Part shown: one piece after another, positions 9,724 through 19,114 of the stretch
Layout: every line of letters starts with the position of its first letter
How positions within the stretch are numbered: position 1 is the first letter of the stretch
DNA from: a virus
Virus record (IMG/VR): IMGVR_UViG_3300045988_119195
Span: 1 to 59,879 of that record
Reading direction: 5' to 3' (one strand)
DNA length: 59,879 nucleotides
Notes under the pieces: model-generated
Database searches by the model: none
The model's input: the letters and a program-made list of their open reading frames with translations, nothing else
Told to the model about the DNA's origin: nothing
Position numbers and translations under genes: made by a program

Positions 9724-11786
9724 TTGCGCTTACATTTACCGCAGACCCGACTATCTGCTGGTAACTCATCCGCATAAACCCATTCATCATGGCGGTCTTT
9801 GAGACGTGCTTCGCACAACGCGTCTTTAGTCGACAGGTCGATACGATGCCATGTCTGCTGGCCGTCACGACGACCCCACTTGATACCGCCGCCTTTAACA
9901 AGACCAAACGCCTGCGCTTCCTTCGGCACGCCGCGCACGCCGAGACGGTCGAGCATGGAGTACGCTTCGCGGACGTACCAGTCGTAGTCGATGTCTGACG
10001 GGAACTCATCGGGTAAATCCATGGCTGGCATTGCGCCCTTGGTTAACGGAACGTTATTGCCCTTCGAATTCACGATAGTTGTGTCTGTTTTCGTTGAGTA
10101 GTACCAACGCACAACCTTACCGAGATACTTGCCGTCTTTATAAGCACCGCCTTTTACCTGCTGGAAGTTCGTAAATTTCAGGAAATCTGTACAACCTTCG
10201 ATAGTCTCACGAATAGGAATGCCGCGCTCAAGGTAGGCCATGACAGCCTCGATACAGACTTGGCCGTTACCAGACTGGCTCAAGCCGCGTTCGGCGTAAT
10301 CGCCTTTGCGTTTCCACTTGAGTTTTGTTTCGCCTTTTGCTGGGGCTTTCAGCGCGAGATAGCTGTTCACAGACTGGCTGTAAATTGCCAAGTATTGCGT
10401 GAATTCCATGTTGAAACCAGTTTCGATTTCCCACAAGTGAATCTCGCGTTCGGCCTTCCAGAAGTCATCTTTCTTACCGTAAATCACGATACCATCGGTA
10501 TTGGCGGATACGATACGCAAGCCAGCTTTCTCAATGCGCTCAATGAGCATCAGCAAGCAAAGCTGACCTGTAATAGTCACCTGAATCATCATCTTAGGAC
10601 TGTACAGGAAGCTGTAAATTGACGACAACTTACCAAACGAGCCGTTCAGTACAATCTTGTAGGTATTACAGATGGTCTGTTTCTCTGGCAATTTTTTCCA
10701 CTTCGCGCGGTCGTCGCGGAATCGCGTGTAGTTTCGCAGGAATGGAAGGCCGCAGTTTTCAGGATAGTATCCGCCGTTGATAATTATGGATGGATAATAT
10801 GACGTTACGTCGGCATCGCAAATAATTTCGTCTTCGGCGGCAATAATGGCTTGACCACTCTCGTTTGAGTGCAAGCCGCCAATGCCCATTGTGTAGAGAC
10901 CTTTGCCAATCTGAATCTTCATGGAAGCCAATTCTTTCGGCATCTTCACATGACCAGAAGGCTCGATTTCAAACACTGTATGCTTCAACAAGTCATGCAG
11001 GTCTTGCAACGTCGGATGCTCAAAATAGATGTAATCAGGAATGTCGTATTTGAATCTACGCTTAATTGTGTTCGGTTCTGGTCGGTAAATTCGACAGCCA
11101 CGGTCTTTTTCGATGACGTGCTTGAAGATGGCCTCACCAACTTGTGCGTCCGACTTGGAACGAACATCGATTTTATATTGCTTCGAAATCTCGATACGCA
11201 AATCAACTTGAGCCTTCACGGTTTCATACAAGCGCAGAGTGTTGGCCGTATCGTTATCACAGTATTTTGCGATGTCGTCCATCTCGATAAGAGATAGGGT
11301 CTTGTCAGCATCGATTGGGAGGTCTTGGAGCTTCTGACAGCCGATTCGCGCAGCGTATGCTTTAAGGCTTAACGTACCTGTCGGAATCTCAAAAATATCA
11401 ATGTGCTGCATGTATGATGGGTACTCAAGTTCGTACAGGCGCATGAATTCCCACGAGCGCAAGGATTCACGCTTCTGCTTCTTGCCGTTTTCGTCGATGT
11501 AATCAGCACCAATCAGCAAATCGGATGCTTCCTTAAGCTCGGCGTTGCTAACGCCTTCCAGCGCATACATGAGCAGCGGCATATCGTAATGGTTGCCGTT
11601 GAACGTGACTACGGTTGACGAGCGCAGCCATTGACGAATGCCTGTTGTATCGAGTTTTGAGAAATCGTTCCTCATTTCAAAATGTTTGGTGTTTTCTGGA
11701 TTAAGAGCGTCACGGAATGCGACCAAGAAGTAGTTAGGATAACATTCAATATCCATAATTACGACGTTTGAGCGATAGTCAAACAT
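9720..11786 (-). CDS. DNA polymerase, family B-like, with N-terminal 3'-5' exonuclease
   Basis: Exo I MDIECYP. Motif A DVTSYYPSII, motif B KIVLNGSFGKL, motif C SANTDGIVI. C-terminal CGKC zinc-like motif. Confidence 0.8.
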   Translation of the reverse strand: MFDYRSNVVIMDIECYPNYFLVAFRDALNPENTKHFEMRNDFSKLDTTGIRQWLRSSTVVTFNGNHYDMPLLMYALEGVSNAELKEASDLLIGADYIDENGKKQKRESLRSWEFMRLYELEYPSYMQHIDIFEIPTGTLSLKAYAARIGCQKLQDLPIDADKTLSLIEMDDIAKYCDNDTANTLRLYETVKAQVDLRIEISKQYKIDVRSKSDAQVGEAIFKHVIEKDRGCRIYRPEPNTIKRRFKYDIPDYIYFEHPTLQDLHDLLKHTVFEIEPSGHVKMPKELASMKIQIGKGLYTMGIGGLHSNESGQAIIAAEDEIICDADVTSYYPSIIINGGYYPENCGLPFLRNYTRFRDDRAKWKKLPEKQTICNTYKIVLNGSFGKLSSIYSFLYSPKMMIQVTITGQLCLLMLIERIEKAGLRIVSANTDGIVIYGKKDDFWKAEREIHLWEIETGFNMEFTQYLAIYSQSVNSYLALKAPAKGETKLKWKRKGDYAERGLSQSGNGQVCIEAVMAYLERGIPIRETIEGCTDFLKFTNFQQVKGGAYKDGKYLGKVVRWYYSTKTDTTIVNSKGNNVPLTKGAMPAMDLPDEFPSDIDYDWYVREAYSMLDRLGVRGVPKEAQAFGLVKGGGIKWGRRDGQQTWHRIDLSTKDALCEARLKDRHDEWVYADELPADSRVCGKCKRK

Positions 11787-11853
11787 GATATATTTTCCTT
11801 TTGTGCTTGGTTAGACAACAGCAGCCATTGTGGAAGTGTGTCAGTACCAGTTG

Positions 11854-11893
11854 ATAAAAAAATACCCAGCGTGTTTTGTTTTCGCTGGGTATT
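11854..11893 (-). terminator. Intrinsic terminator after the SSB gene
   Basis: Stem AATACCCAGCG/CGCTGGGTATT followed on the minus strand by T7. Confidence 0.7.
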
Positions 11894-11904
11894 TGTTCAG
11901 ACGA

Positions 11905-12525
11905 TTAGATTTCGTCGTCGTCTTCAGTTTCCCAATCAGCGTCATCACCTTCGTTGACACCGCTTGAGCCGAGTTTCAAATCAGTTTGTTTGTTGTGAAC
12001 TTGAACCGCTTGCAAATTCAGAGTCATACCAGCACCGAATTTTGGACTTTTCCAACCGTAGAAGTCGAACAGAATGGTCATGTGGCGACCGTTGCGATTC
12101 AATTCTTCGATTTCTTCCATGTCTTCAGGGACGCGGCGGTTCAGCTTAGTGCCTGCGCTGTTACGGACGGCAGGAGGGAAACTTTCATTGGCGGAGAAAC
12201 GGATGCGATAAAAGTCTGGAATATCGCTGTCTTCGGGGAGGTTCTTAACGCGGCTACCGTCTAACAAGCAACGGTTTTTAACTGCAACGTCTTCCCAGTC
12301 TTCGCCCTTCGCCATGTGTTGACGGATAAGGTCTTCGAGAATTTTGATTTCTTTGGCGTGTTCTTCTTTGTTCAAGAATGCTGTCAGGCTGTATTTTTTC
12401 TTATCGCCTTCCTCAAAAGCACGAGGATGGTCGATGCGAGCGTACCATGTAGGCACGTTTTTCAGCATAACAGTACCGTCTTTATATTCAACCAGACAAC
12501 CAACTTTACGTTCAATGTTTGACAT
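11905..12525 (-). CDS. ssDNA-binding protein, DUF2815-like, with acidic C-terminal tail (..ETEDDDEI)
   Basis: ATG 12525 with SD AGGAAA. VMLKNV..Y.RI..P......KKKYSLT pattern. Located between the Cas4-like nuclease and the polymerase, as in known DUF2800/DUF2815 modules. Confidence 0.6.
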   Translation of the reverse strand: MSNIERKVGCLVEYKDGTVMLKNVPTWYARIDHPRAFEEGDKKKYSLTAFLNKEEHAKEIKILEDLIRQHMAKGEDWEDVAVKNRCLLDGSRVKNLPEDSDIPDFYRIRFSANESFPPAVRNSAGTKLNRRVPEDMEEIEELNRNGRHMTILFDFYGWKSPKFGAGMTLNLQAVQVHNKQTDLKLGSSGVNEGDDADWETEDDDEI

Positions 12526-12594
12526 TTTATTTCCTAACATATTAAAAATTACATGGGCTTTCTTTGGTTTGCCGCCCACACGGTAGCAAATAAC

Positions 12595-12671
12595 TGGTCA
12601 GAGTGGTAGGACTCGAACCTACGACCTCCTGCTTCCAAGGCAGGCCATCTACCAACTGATATTACACTCTG
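12595..12671 (-). tRNA. tRNA-Pro (anticodon UGG), CCA encoded
   Basis: Acceptor CAGAGTG/CACTCTG, A73, anticodon stem CCTGC/GCAGG, loop CTTGGAA, T arm GTAGG-TTCGAGT-CCTAC, D loop AGTTGGTA. There is one extra nucleotide between the acceptor and D stems (77 nt). Confidence 0.85.
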
Positions 12672-12675
12672 GTAA

Positions 12676-12939
12676 GGGTGGATGGTCGCTTTGGCGAGCG
12701 ACGCTGGTAATGAAAGAAGCAATGCGCGGAAAAAAAGTTACCAGACAACATCCATAAACTGTCGAGCGTTTGATTTGAAAGAGTGACGCTCACATCTCTT
12801 TAGCCGTTTGGAGTTGGGTGGATGGTCGCTTGCTTTGGCGAGCGACGCTGGTGAGGAATGCCGAGAAAAAAATTCACCAGACTGCATCCATAAACTGAAG
12901 GGCGTTTGATTTGAAAGAGTGTCACCCACTTCTCTTTAG
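12676..12939. repeat. Two tandem copies (12676-12803, 12816-12939) of a ~125-nt element predicted to fold as a multi-stem RNA; candidate ncRNA pair
   Basis: About 80 percent identity between copies. Shared stems TGGATG/CATCCA, GTCGCT/AGCGAC and AAAGAG/CTCTTT. Stem CTGGTAA/TTACCAG in copy 1 becomes CTGGTGA/TCACCAG in copy 2 (compensatory change). Confidence 0.7.
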
Positions 12940-14159
12940 TCTTCGAATTTCGAATCCATGTCGATAATGCTCAAAGCAGGTCGCTTATCGCCGATTGGTG
13001 CGATGGTTGGTCTTCCACTTGATTCATCTACCAACGTTTTCAATGGTTCGAAGTCGATTTTATGACGTTTGCAGAGTTTCTCTGCCTGCGCCACACTAAC
13101 AAGCTGTCTTGGCTGGAATTCATCCAAATCGAATACCGTATCTTGCTGGATAAAATTAAGTGTGTGAGCCTCGTCGACCCACTTCCGTTGTTTCCTGCCG
13201 CTGACTAACTTGTATGAGTGCATTTTACCGCCTTTCATGGCGAAGTCAAGCAGTTTTTTCTCAATTTCGGTGAAGAAAGATGTAACTATTTTGATTTTAC
13301 TGTAAATCTTTTCGACATCTTCCATGCCCAATTCGTCAATTTCAGGTAATTTTGCCAGATAAGTGTCGTTAGCAATACGCTCTGAAACAGGTTCTTCTGC
13401 GTCAAATTTGTCACCGATTAGCTCTTCGATATAACGCGCTTGCTCAGGGCATTGAGCCTTCACGCGACACCAGCGGCAACCTTTCTCGGTAACGACGCGT
13501 TCGGCGTTCGGTTCAAGTGCGGCTTTCGCGCGTTCCTTGACGTATTCGCCAAACTTGAGCAGTTCTTCAACGCTGATTTCCCACGTTGAGAAATGATTCA
13601 GACGCGGCTGACAAATCCGCATCTCAACAGTCCTGAAGTCATACAGGAAGCCGAAGTCGTGTAGTACACCAAGCGCGTATATCTGCAACTGCGTGTTGTT
13701 TTCAGCGTCAACGGTAACACCCATGCCATATTTCAGGTCGGTGATTGTCAGCTTATCGTCGCTGCAACAAACGTGGTCGGACGTGCCTTTTTGGTTCGGG
13801 ATAGGGGTTAAATGGCTGAAATCAACCTTAACCTCCACGAACTTATCGCCGTCTTGGTCGTTGCACCAGTTGACGTATTCGGCTACATAGTCAAGCATCT
13901 CTTCAGTTACTTCCACGTCGAACCCGTCGACTGTTCGTACTTCGCCAAGATGTTGGATGGGTTTACGACCACTACGCAGCCAGATTTCGGCCATTTCGTG
14001 CGCGACAGTGCCTTCTGCGGCTGCTTCGGACGAACCGCTACCATCCATTGCCCGAATTGCTAAATTCGCCAATAGACTGCCTGAGCAGTTAAGCCACATT
14101 TCGCTGGAACTTGGCGAGAAGACGGAATGGCCGTCTAATTTGATTTCAATCTCTTTCAT
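12936..14159 (-). CDS. PD-(D/E)XK exonuclease, Cas4/RecB-like (DUF2800-like) with Fe-S cysteines
   Basis: N-terminal SSSEMWLNCSGS, DLKYG motif, QL..YALG, C-terminal CRWCRVKAQC. ATG 14159 with SD GAGG. The track ORF extends to 14171. Confidence 0.75.
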   Translation of the reverse strand: MKEIEIKLDGHSVFSPSSSEMWLNCSGSLLANLAIRAMDGSGSSEAAAEGTVAHEMAEIWLRSGRKPIQHLGEVRTVDGFDVEVTEEMLDYVAEYVNWCNDQDGDKFVEVKVDFSHLTPIPNQKGTSDHVCCSDDKLTITDLKYGMGVTVDAENNTQLQIYALGVLHDFGFLYDFRTVEMRICQPRLNHFSTWEISVEELLKFGEYVKERAKAALEPNAERVVTEKGCRWCRVKAQCPEQARYIEELIGDKFDAEEPVSERIANDTYLAKLPEIDELGMEDVEKIYSKIKIVTSFFTEIEKKLLDFAMKGGKMHSYKLVSGRKQRKWVDEAHTLNFIQQDTVFDLDEFQPRQLVSVAQAEKLCKRHKIDFEPLKTLVDESSGRPTIAPIGDKRPALSIIDMDSKFED

Positions 14160-14173
14160 ACGAAACCTCATAT

Positions 14174-14203
14174 AAAAAAAAAGAGCGGATTAACCGCTCT
14201 TTT
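14174..14203 (-). terminator. Intrinsic terminator
   Basis: Stem AAGAGCGG/CCGCTCTT followed on the minus strand by T9. Confidence 0.75.
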
Positions 14204-14207
14204 CGAA

Positions 14208-14816
14208 TTACAAATCTGATTCAGCTTCGGCTTCAGCAACCTCTTTCGCGGATTTCAATGCTTCGTACAACTTGTCGTAGTTTTCAGCAGGTACGTCCGC
14301 AGTTTTAGCCGCGCCGCCTACTTCTGCGATGATTTGTTTGGCGCGTTCCAACCATGAGCGACCGAGTGTACCGAGTTCTTTAGCGGCAGTTTTCACGTCA
14401 TCCAAGCTGTATTTCGGAGTAACAGGTTCTTCCTCTTTCTCCTCAATCACGTCCTCTTCCATTTTGGCAGCACAAGCGTCGATTACGGCTTGGTATTTGT
14501 CTTCAGGAGTGCGTTTCACAGTGGCAACACCAGCAACTTCTTTCAAGATGGCCTTAGCTACATCCGCGCCGTGTTTAGCCTTCACATCGAGCAATGCTGC
14601 CTGAACAACGTCCAGTGTGATGTCATTTTCGTCGGCGGCTGCTTCGGCTGGGGCTTCTTTGCGTTCTTCAACAGGTTCTTTCACCGCTTCAGGCGCAGGG
14701 GCTTCCTGTTTAGTCGGTTGGCCTTGTTGCGACAGCACTGCGGCTGTATTGCGGTCGAGGGCTTCAGTCAAACTCACCATTGCAGTGTAGAGTTGAGTCA
14801 GGGTAATTTCGTTCAT
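14208..14816 (-). CDS. Hypothetical A/E/K-rich protein with internal duplication and acidic C-terminus (..AEAESDL)
   Basis: ATG 14816 with SD AAGGAAG. Lies in the replication operon. Confidence 0.6.
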   Translation of the reverse strand: MNEITLTQLYTAMVSLTEALDRNTAAVLSQQGQPTKQEAPAPEAVKEPVEERKEAPAEAAADENDITLDVVQAALLDVKAKHGADVAKAILKEVAGVATVKRTPEDKYQAVIDACAAKMEEDVIEEKEEEPVTPKYSLDDVKTAAKELGTLGRSWLERAKQIIAEVGGAAKTADVPAENYDKLYEALKSAKEVAEAEAESDL

Positions 14817-14864
14817 TTTAGTCTTCCTTATGTTGGGGTTAACAAACAAGATTTGGTTTAGGAA

Positions 14865-14909
14865 GTTGCATATTACCGTGTTTCACAGCAATATGCAACA
14901 CTTTTTTTT
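14865..14909 (+). terminator. Plus-strand-oriented intrinsic terminator lying between two minus-strand genes
   Basis: Stem GTTGCATATT/AATATGCAAC followed by T8 on the plus strand only. Confidence 0.5.
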
Positions 14910-17508
14910 ATAAATCTTCCAATTCTTCCTCCTCGATGACAGCTTCAAACTTTTTGTCATACTCAAGTTCTGGGTTAACCGCGTCGGTAACGTACTGTCT
15001 GATAGCGGCGGATAGTTTCACCGAAGCATTTTTGAATCGTGTTGGATTCTTGGAGTAAATCGTGTGCAGATACGACTTATCAATCTCAGGAATACGCACT
15101 GCATTAACAACAAGCTCGTAACCCAGTGGTATCAAGTGCTGTTGCCAACGAATATTAGCGTCCCTGAAGTTTTTGTCAGCAAGTTTCATTTGGCGGAAGT
15201 ATTTCACATCCAGAAACTCTTCACACAAGAACGGGTCGTCATTCTTGGCAACAATCTCCAACAACTCCTGAATGGATTCAGGCATATTCTCACTAATCAA
15301 ACGCTGGCGTGAAACTGTGCGCGGTGCATCATAGTAAGACAAAAACTCGTCGCTAACTTTAACTTCGGTTCGGAAGTATTTTCGCAAAGCACCTGCATGA
15401 TTTTTGTAAGTGTTGTGCAGGTCAGGGTAGTATTTTGGGTTCTCTTTCTTGAACTGCTCAATCTTACTGGCTTCCTGCCATCGGGAGTAGATGGCGAAAA
15501 TACGTCGGTCTGAAGAATCAATCGGCAAGGCAGCCAGTCGGTTACTTAAAAACAGATAGTTCGCCGTATTCGGTACGTTGATTTCATCCTTACCCTTTGC
15601 AATCATTGCGATGGTCGGGCTGGCGATGATGGTTTTGAGTTTATCGTAAATCTCAACGCCTTTAACACCAGCCAAATGCACTTCTTCGACTGTACCGAAG
15701 CTCAAATTGGTCGCCCATTTCGTAAACCCAGACTTCATTGCATCTTGCGATACGATTTTGGCGTTTTCCTTACCAATCATCGCGGAAATCAGGTAATGAA
15801 AGAACGATTTACCATCACCGCCGACACCATGCAGGAATACAGCCCATCCGAGTGTGTAACCCGTGTATTGAACCTGATAAGCAACCCATTGACGGAAGAT
15901 TTCGCGTTCACGAGGGTCTTCAATCATGTGCTCAAAATGCTTTTCAACCAATTCGATGGCTGCCAAATCACCCTTAGAATAGCGAGAAGGCTCTTCAGGC
16001 ACATTCTTGCTGTCATAAGCATTGATATATTGGTACTTGGAGCGTTCACTGAATTTGAACAAGTTGCCCATCGTAGGCATGTACACCGCGTCAATTACTT
16101 TAGGTATTTTGTACGCTCGTAAGGCCAAGTCCTGTGGACGCATTTTCATACTCATTGCATCCGACACGGAGTGATAAATCAGCGTATCAAACGATGTTGG
16201 GGAAACCGCCAAACCTTCTTTCGTATCGTAGAATTTGTCCCCATTAAGCAAATATACCCAGTTTTTCATATAGTCGGGTGTGTCGAACTGCTCAATGGCC
16301 TCAGTAAGTGTTTTTCGAACCGCGCTTGCACTGATTTTCTCACCATATAATCGGGTATATGTTCGGGCAATGACGTGTTCGATTGCATTCTGCTGCGCCG
16401 TAGTGAATCGGTTATACGAAGCCTCCGCAATCAATTCGTCATATTTACGAATGTCATCGCATTCTTCGAACATCTGCTTTAGATTCTCAAATGTCTGCGT
16501 GAAATTTTCATTCTTTGCAGATGAGTAATAGTCATACAGAACACTTGCGAATGTCACCACGTTTGCACGGTCATTACGGAAGCTCTTCCATTTCGCACGA
16601 AGGTTTGAGTCTTTGATGTCATAGGGTTCTCCCGTAGATGGGTCAGTGGCTTTTCGTGACCATGCCTTCCAAATTTGATAGCCCTTTTCAGAATCATCAA
16701 TTTGAAATTTAATTGCCTGACCAATAGCCACCCATTTTTCATAACTGTCGTAGAAACCCTCGGTTAAGGAATTAACAATTTCCTCAACGCGCTCGTCCGA
16801 GATTTTCACCTGCTTCGAGTCGTTATAGAGTTCGTAATCCTCATCCTCTTCAATGTGAACGTCATCTAATTTGACGTTATGTAAATTGGTGAGAGCAATG
16901 CGCTCATACTCATTCCGATACATCAAGTCATCAAAATATCGGAACAAGGGTTGAATCATTTCAGGTCGGAAGGTTGGTAAATCCTCAACGCGCTCAATAT
17001 CGAGCAGGGAGTAATCATTCTCCCATTCATAATGTAACCCTTCTTCATCGGGATAATCACCGAATGCTACAAACTGACGATGGCCGTCTTTGCTGTTATT
17101 CAACAACTCAATTTGCATACGTCCATATTTTTCGCAATACCACACTGAAGACACAATTTTACCAATGTTGCTGGCGATATAGCATGGAATCAACGCTTTT
17201 GGTTTCTTTCCGCGACGAACCATGATTTTGTCGGTTGAGAGCATTTCGCGGACGTATTGAATGAGTTCGCGTGCTGCGTGAGGGTCTAAAACGTCGATGT
17301 CAATCGCCAAAAGGTGTTTGCTGGTGATTACACCAAGTCCTGCCTTGTCGCCGAACTTCTTGAGCATCTGTCTATATGTCTGCTCCGTCTGGGGTAAGTT
17401 TTCCCAACTAATCCCTTCTGGGAATTTTTTACCCTGAGTAATTGGTATGACCTCGAAACCTCGCTTCATAAGTGGCAGCGCAGTGTCTTTATAATAGCGT
17501 TTAATCAT
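14908..17508 (-). CDS. Bifunctional primase-polymerase / SF3 (D5-like) helicase
   Basis: 866 aa. N-terminal prim-pol-like LLAIDIDV, Walker A FLHGVGGDGKSFF. Acidic tail ..EEEELEDL. Confidence 0.8.
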   Translation of the reverse strand: MIKRYYKDTALPLMKRGFEVIPITQGKKFPEGISWENLPQTEQTYRQMLKKFGDKAGLGVITSKHLLAIDIDVLDPHAARELIQYVREMLSTDKIMVRRGKKPKALIPCYIASNIGKIVSSVWYCEKYGRMQIELLNNSKDGHRQFVAFGDYPDEEGLHYEWENDYSLLDIERVEDLPTFRPEMIQPLFRYFDDLMYRNEYERIALTNLHNVKLDDVHIEEDEDYELYNDSKQVKISDERVEEIVNSLTEGFYDSYEKWVAIGQAIKFQIDDSEKGYQIWKAWSRKATDPSTGEPYDIKDSNLRAKWKSFRNDRANVVTFASVLYDYYSSAKNENFTQTFENLKQMFEECDDIRKYDELIAEASYNRFTTAQQNAIEHVIARTYTRLYGEKISASAVRKTLTEAIEQFDTPDYMKNWVYLLNGDKFYDTKEGLAVSPTSFDTLIYHSVSDAMSMKMRPQDLALRAYKIPKVIDAVYMPTMGNLFKFSERSKYQYINAYDSKNVPEEPSRYSKGDLAAIELVEKHFEHMIEDPREREIFRQWVAYQVQYTGYTLGWAVFLHGVGGDGKSFFHYLISAMIGKENAKIVSQDAMKSGFTKWATNLSFGTVEEVHLAGVKGVEIYDKLKTIIASPTIAMIAKGKDEINVPNTANYLFLSNRLAALPIDSSDRRIFAIYSRWQEASKIEQFKKENPKYYPDLHNTYKNHAGALRKYFRTEVKVSDEFLSYYDAPRTVSRQRLISENMPESIQELLEIVAKNDDPFLCEEFLDVKYFRQMKLADKNFRDANIRWQQHLIPLGYELVVNAVRIPEIDKSYLHTIYSKNPTRFKNASVKLSAAIRQYVTDAVNPELEYDKKFEAVIEEEELEDL

Positions 17509-17548
17509 TTTTCCTTCACTTTCCTATCAAATAGAGGGGTTTGATGCA

Positions 17549-17578
17549 ATTCTAGGTTAAAACTGACTTTATCGTCAA
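17549..17578 (-). promoter_or_regulatory. Sigma70-like promoter for the replication operon
   Basis: TTGACG-N18-TAGAAT on the minus strand, about 40 nt upstream of the primase start. Confidence 0.5.
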
Positions 17579-19080
17579 GCTGGCTTTTTCAATTTACGTA
17601 TGTAAAGAACTCTTAACGACCAATCTCACGATTTTTGGAGCGCAAAATTCCAAAATTTCCAAATTTGCCAAAAAATTTGTGTTAGAAAGAGTCGCCAAAA
17701 TGGAATTTTTCCAAAAATTGAGATTGGGTTTTCATTTTTCATGTTTTTAAACGCATGACAGAACTTATAGTTTCGTCATAGATTCATTAACATTGTTAGA
17801 TGATAACCGTTCTCATCAAGCAAAAAAAAGTCATTTTGTAAAGACGTTTTTGGACTTTCTAACGACCAAAAAATTTACTAACAAACAAAAAGTCCTATAA
17901 AAATCAACAATTTGTAGATTTTGTAAGAAGTAAGGAAAAAACGCCAATATTGCTATATGTGACGATACGAATGTGTATTATATTTCCTTATAGTGTTGTT
18001 ATACCTTTTCCCCTTTCTTCTTTTTTTTTATTATATAAGAAAATAAAGAAATTTCCTAACATTCTAACAAATGCACTTAAGTTACTGGAATTATTGGAGA
18101 AAATCTGTAAGGAGGCTTCCTAACAAGTCCTAACAGCCTTACAAAATAAGCTACATCGTTGATTTTTAAGTAAAACACCAAAAATGACCGATTTTTGGCA
18201 CTGGCTCAGTTGGTGCTAACAAAAATAACACAAAAATTCACATTATTTCACAATCAGTCTGTCGGCGAAATTGCCCTCCAAACCGTTGGGACTGACCCTC
18301 AAAAACACCAAAATATCGATTCCTGCCCCAAAAAGCACCCTCAGGGCGATTTTTACACCCTCACCTATACCTACCCCTACCTAAAGGTCAAAATTCAATC
18401 TGAGACGCTCTACGCGCGAAATTGAGAAACTGAAAATTCAGAAAATTGGCAAGATTCTCCGTATTTTAGAAAAATCTATAAAAATCAACAATTTATAGCT
18501 CAAAAAATTGACATTTGTAGAAATCGGCGAATAAATAATTGATTTATAAGGAAATTTACAAACTAAATTTTTTTAATCATCCGCTTATTTTTAAAACGCA
18601 TAAAAATTTCGTTAAAAATCAAAGACTACCGAATATGCAAAATCGGCGCATTCTCGGAATCGGGGGTTCTGCGCCCGCACCGACCGCTCTCCGCTCGCCG
18701 AAAGTACCTTTTCGAAAGCCACAATGTAAAGACGGCCTCTTCTTTACATTTGCCGCCATACCTTTTGACGGCGGCGGCCTCCAAGCGCGGCGGCTTTTAA
18801 CTCAAAGCGATTAATTTATTTTTAAATAATAGTGAATTGTTAGCGTATCATGTAACACGAAAAGCCGCTAAAGGCTTGATTGAAATAGACTATATAAAAT
18901 GTTAAGTTAATCAATTCTATAACTTAACATTTCCGACAGATAAAAGAAAACCGCCTAAAGGCGGCGGATTGAAAGCGCGTGATTTATGCGTGTAACGATT
19001 GTTAGGATAGAATAAGGCGGCGGCTTGATAGCAATCAGCAAAGCATAGGCCGAAAAGAAAACCGCGAAAAGCAAGCCGCT
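17579..19080. other. Long ORF-free AT-rich region with iterons, inverted repeats and A-tracts (candidate origin / regulatory hub)
   Basis: No credible ORF on either strand. Repeated TTCCTAACA-like motifs, a 30-bp imperfect inverted repeat (17620-17651 / 17696-17727), phased CCAAAAT tracts, duplicated CTATAAAAATCAACAATTT, and ACCCTCA x3. Confidence 0.6.
18942..18964 (-). terminator. Weak intrinsic terminator candidate
   Basis: CCGCC-TAAAG-GCGG stem followed by TTTTCTTTT on the minus strand. Confidence 0.35.
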
Positions 19081-19114
19081 AAAAGAAAACCGCCCGATAA
19101 ATATCAGGCGGTTT
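19081..19114 (-). terminator. Intrinsic terminator ending the leftward early operon
   Basis: Stem AAACCGCC/GGCGGTTT followed by TTTTCTTTT on the minus strand, 6 nt after the stop of 19120..19359. Confidence 0.7.

Noticed and set aside
12595-12671. The tRNA as an amber suppressor for the DUF1653 TAG.
   Set aside because: The anticodon loop reads CTTGGAA, so the anticodon is UGG (Pro). G72 and A73 also fit tRNA-Pro identity.
12738-12929. 63-aa minus-strand ORF over the tandem structured elements.
   Set aside because: It spans both repeat copies with no SD, and the conservation pattern follows stems rather than codons.
18195-18814. Plus-strand ORFs 18195..18425 and 18539..18814 in the 1.6-kb gap.
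   Set aside because: No SD, low-complexity products, and no flanking plus-strand operon. Treated as non-coding, although a small real gene cannot be strictly excluded.
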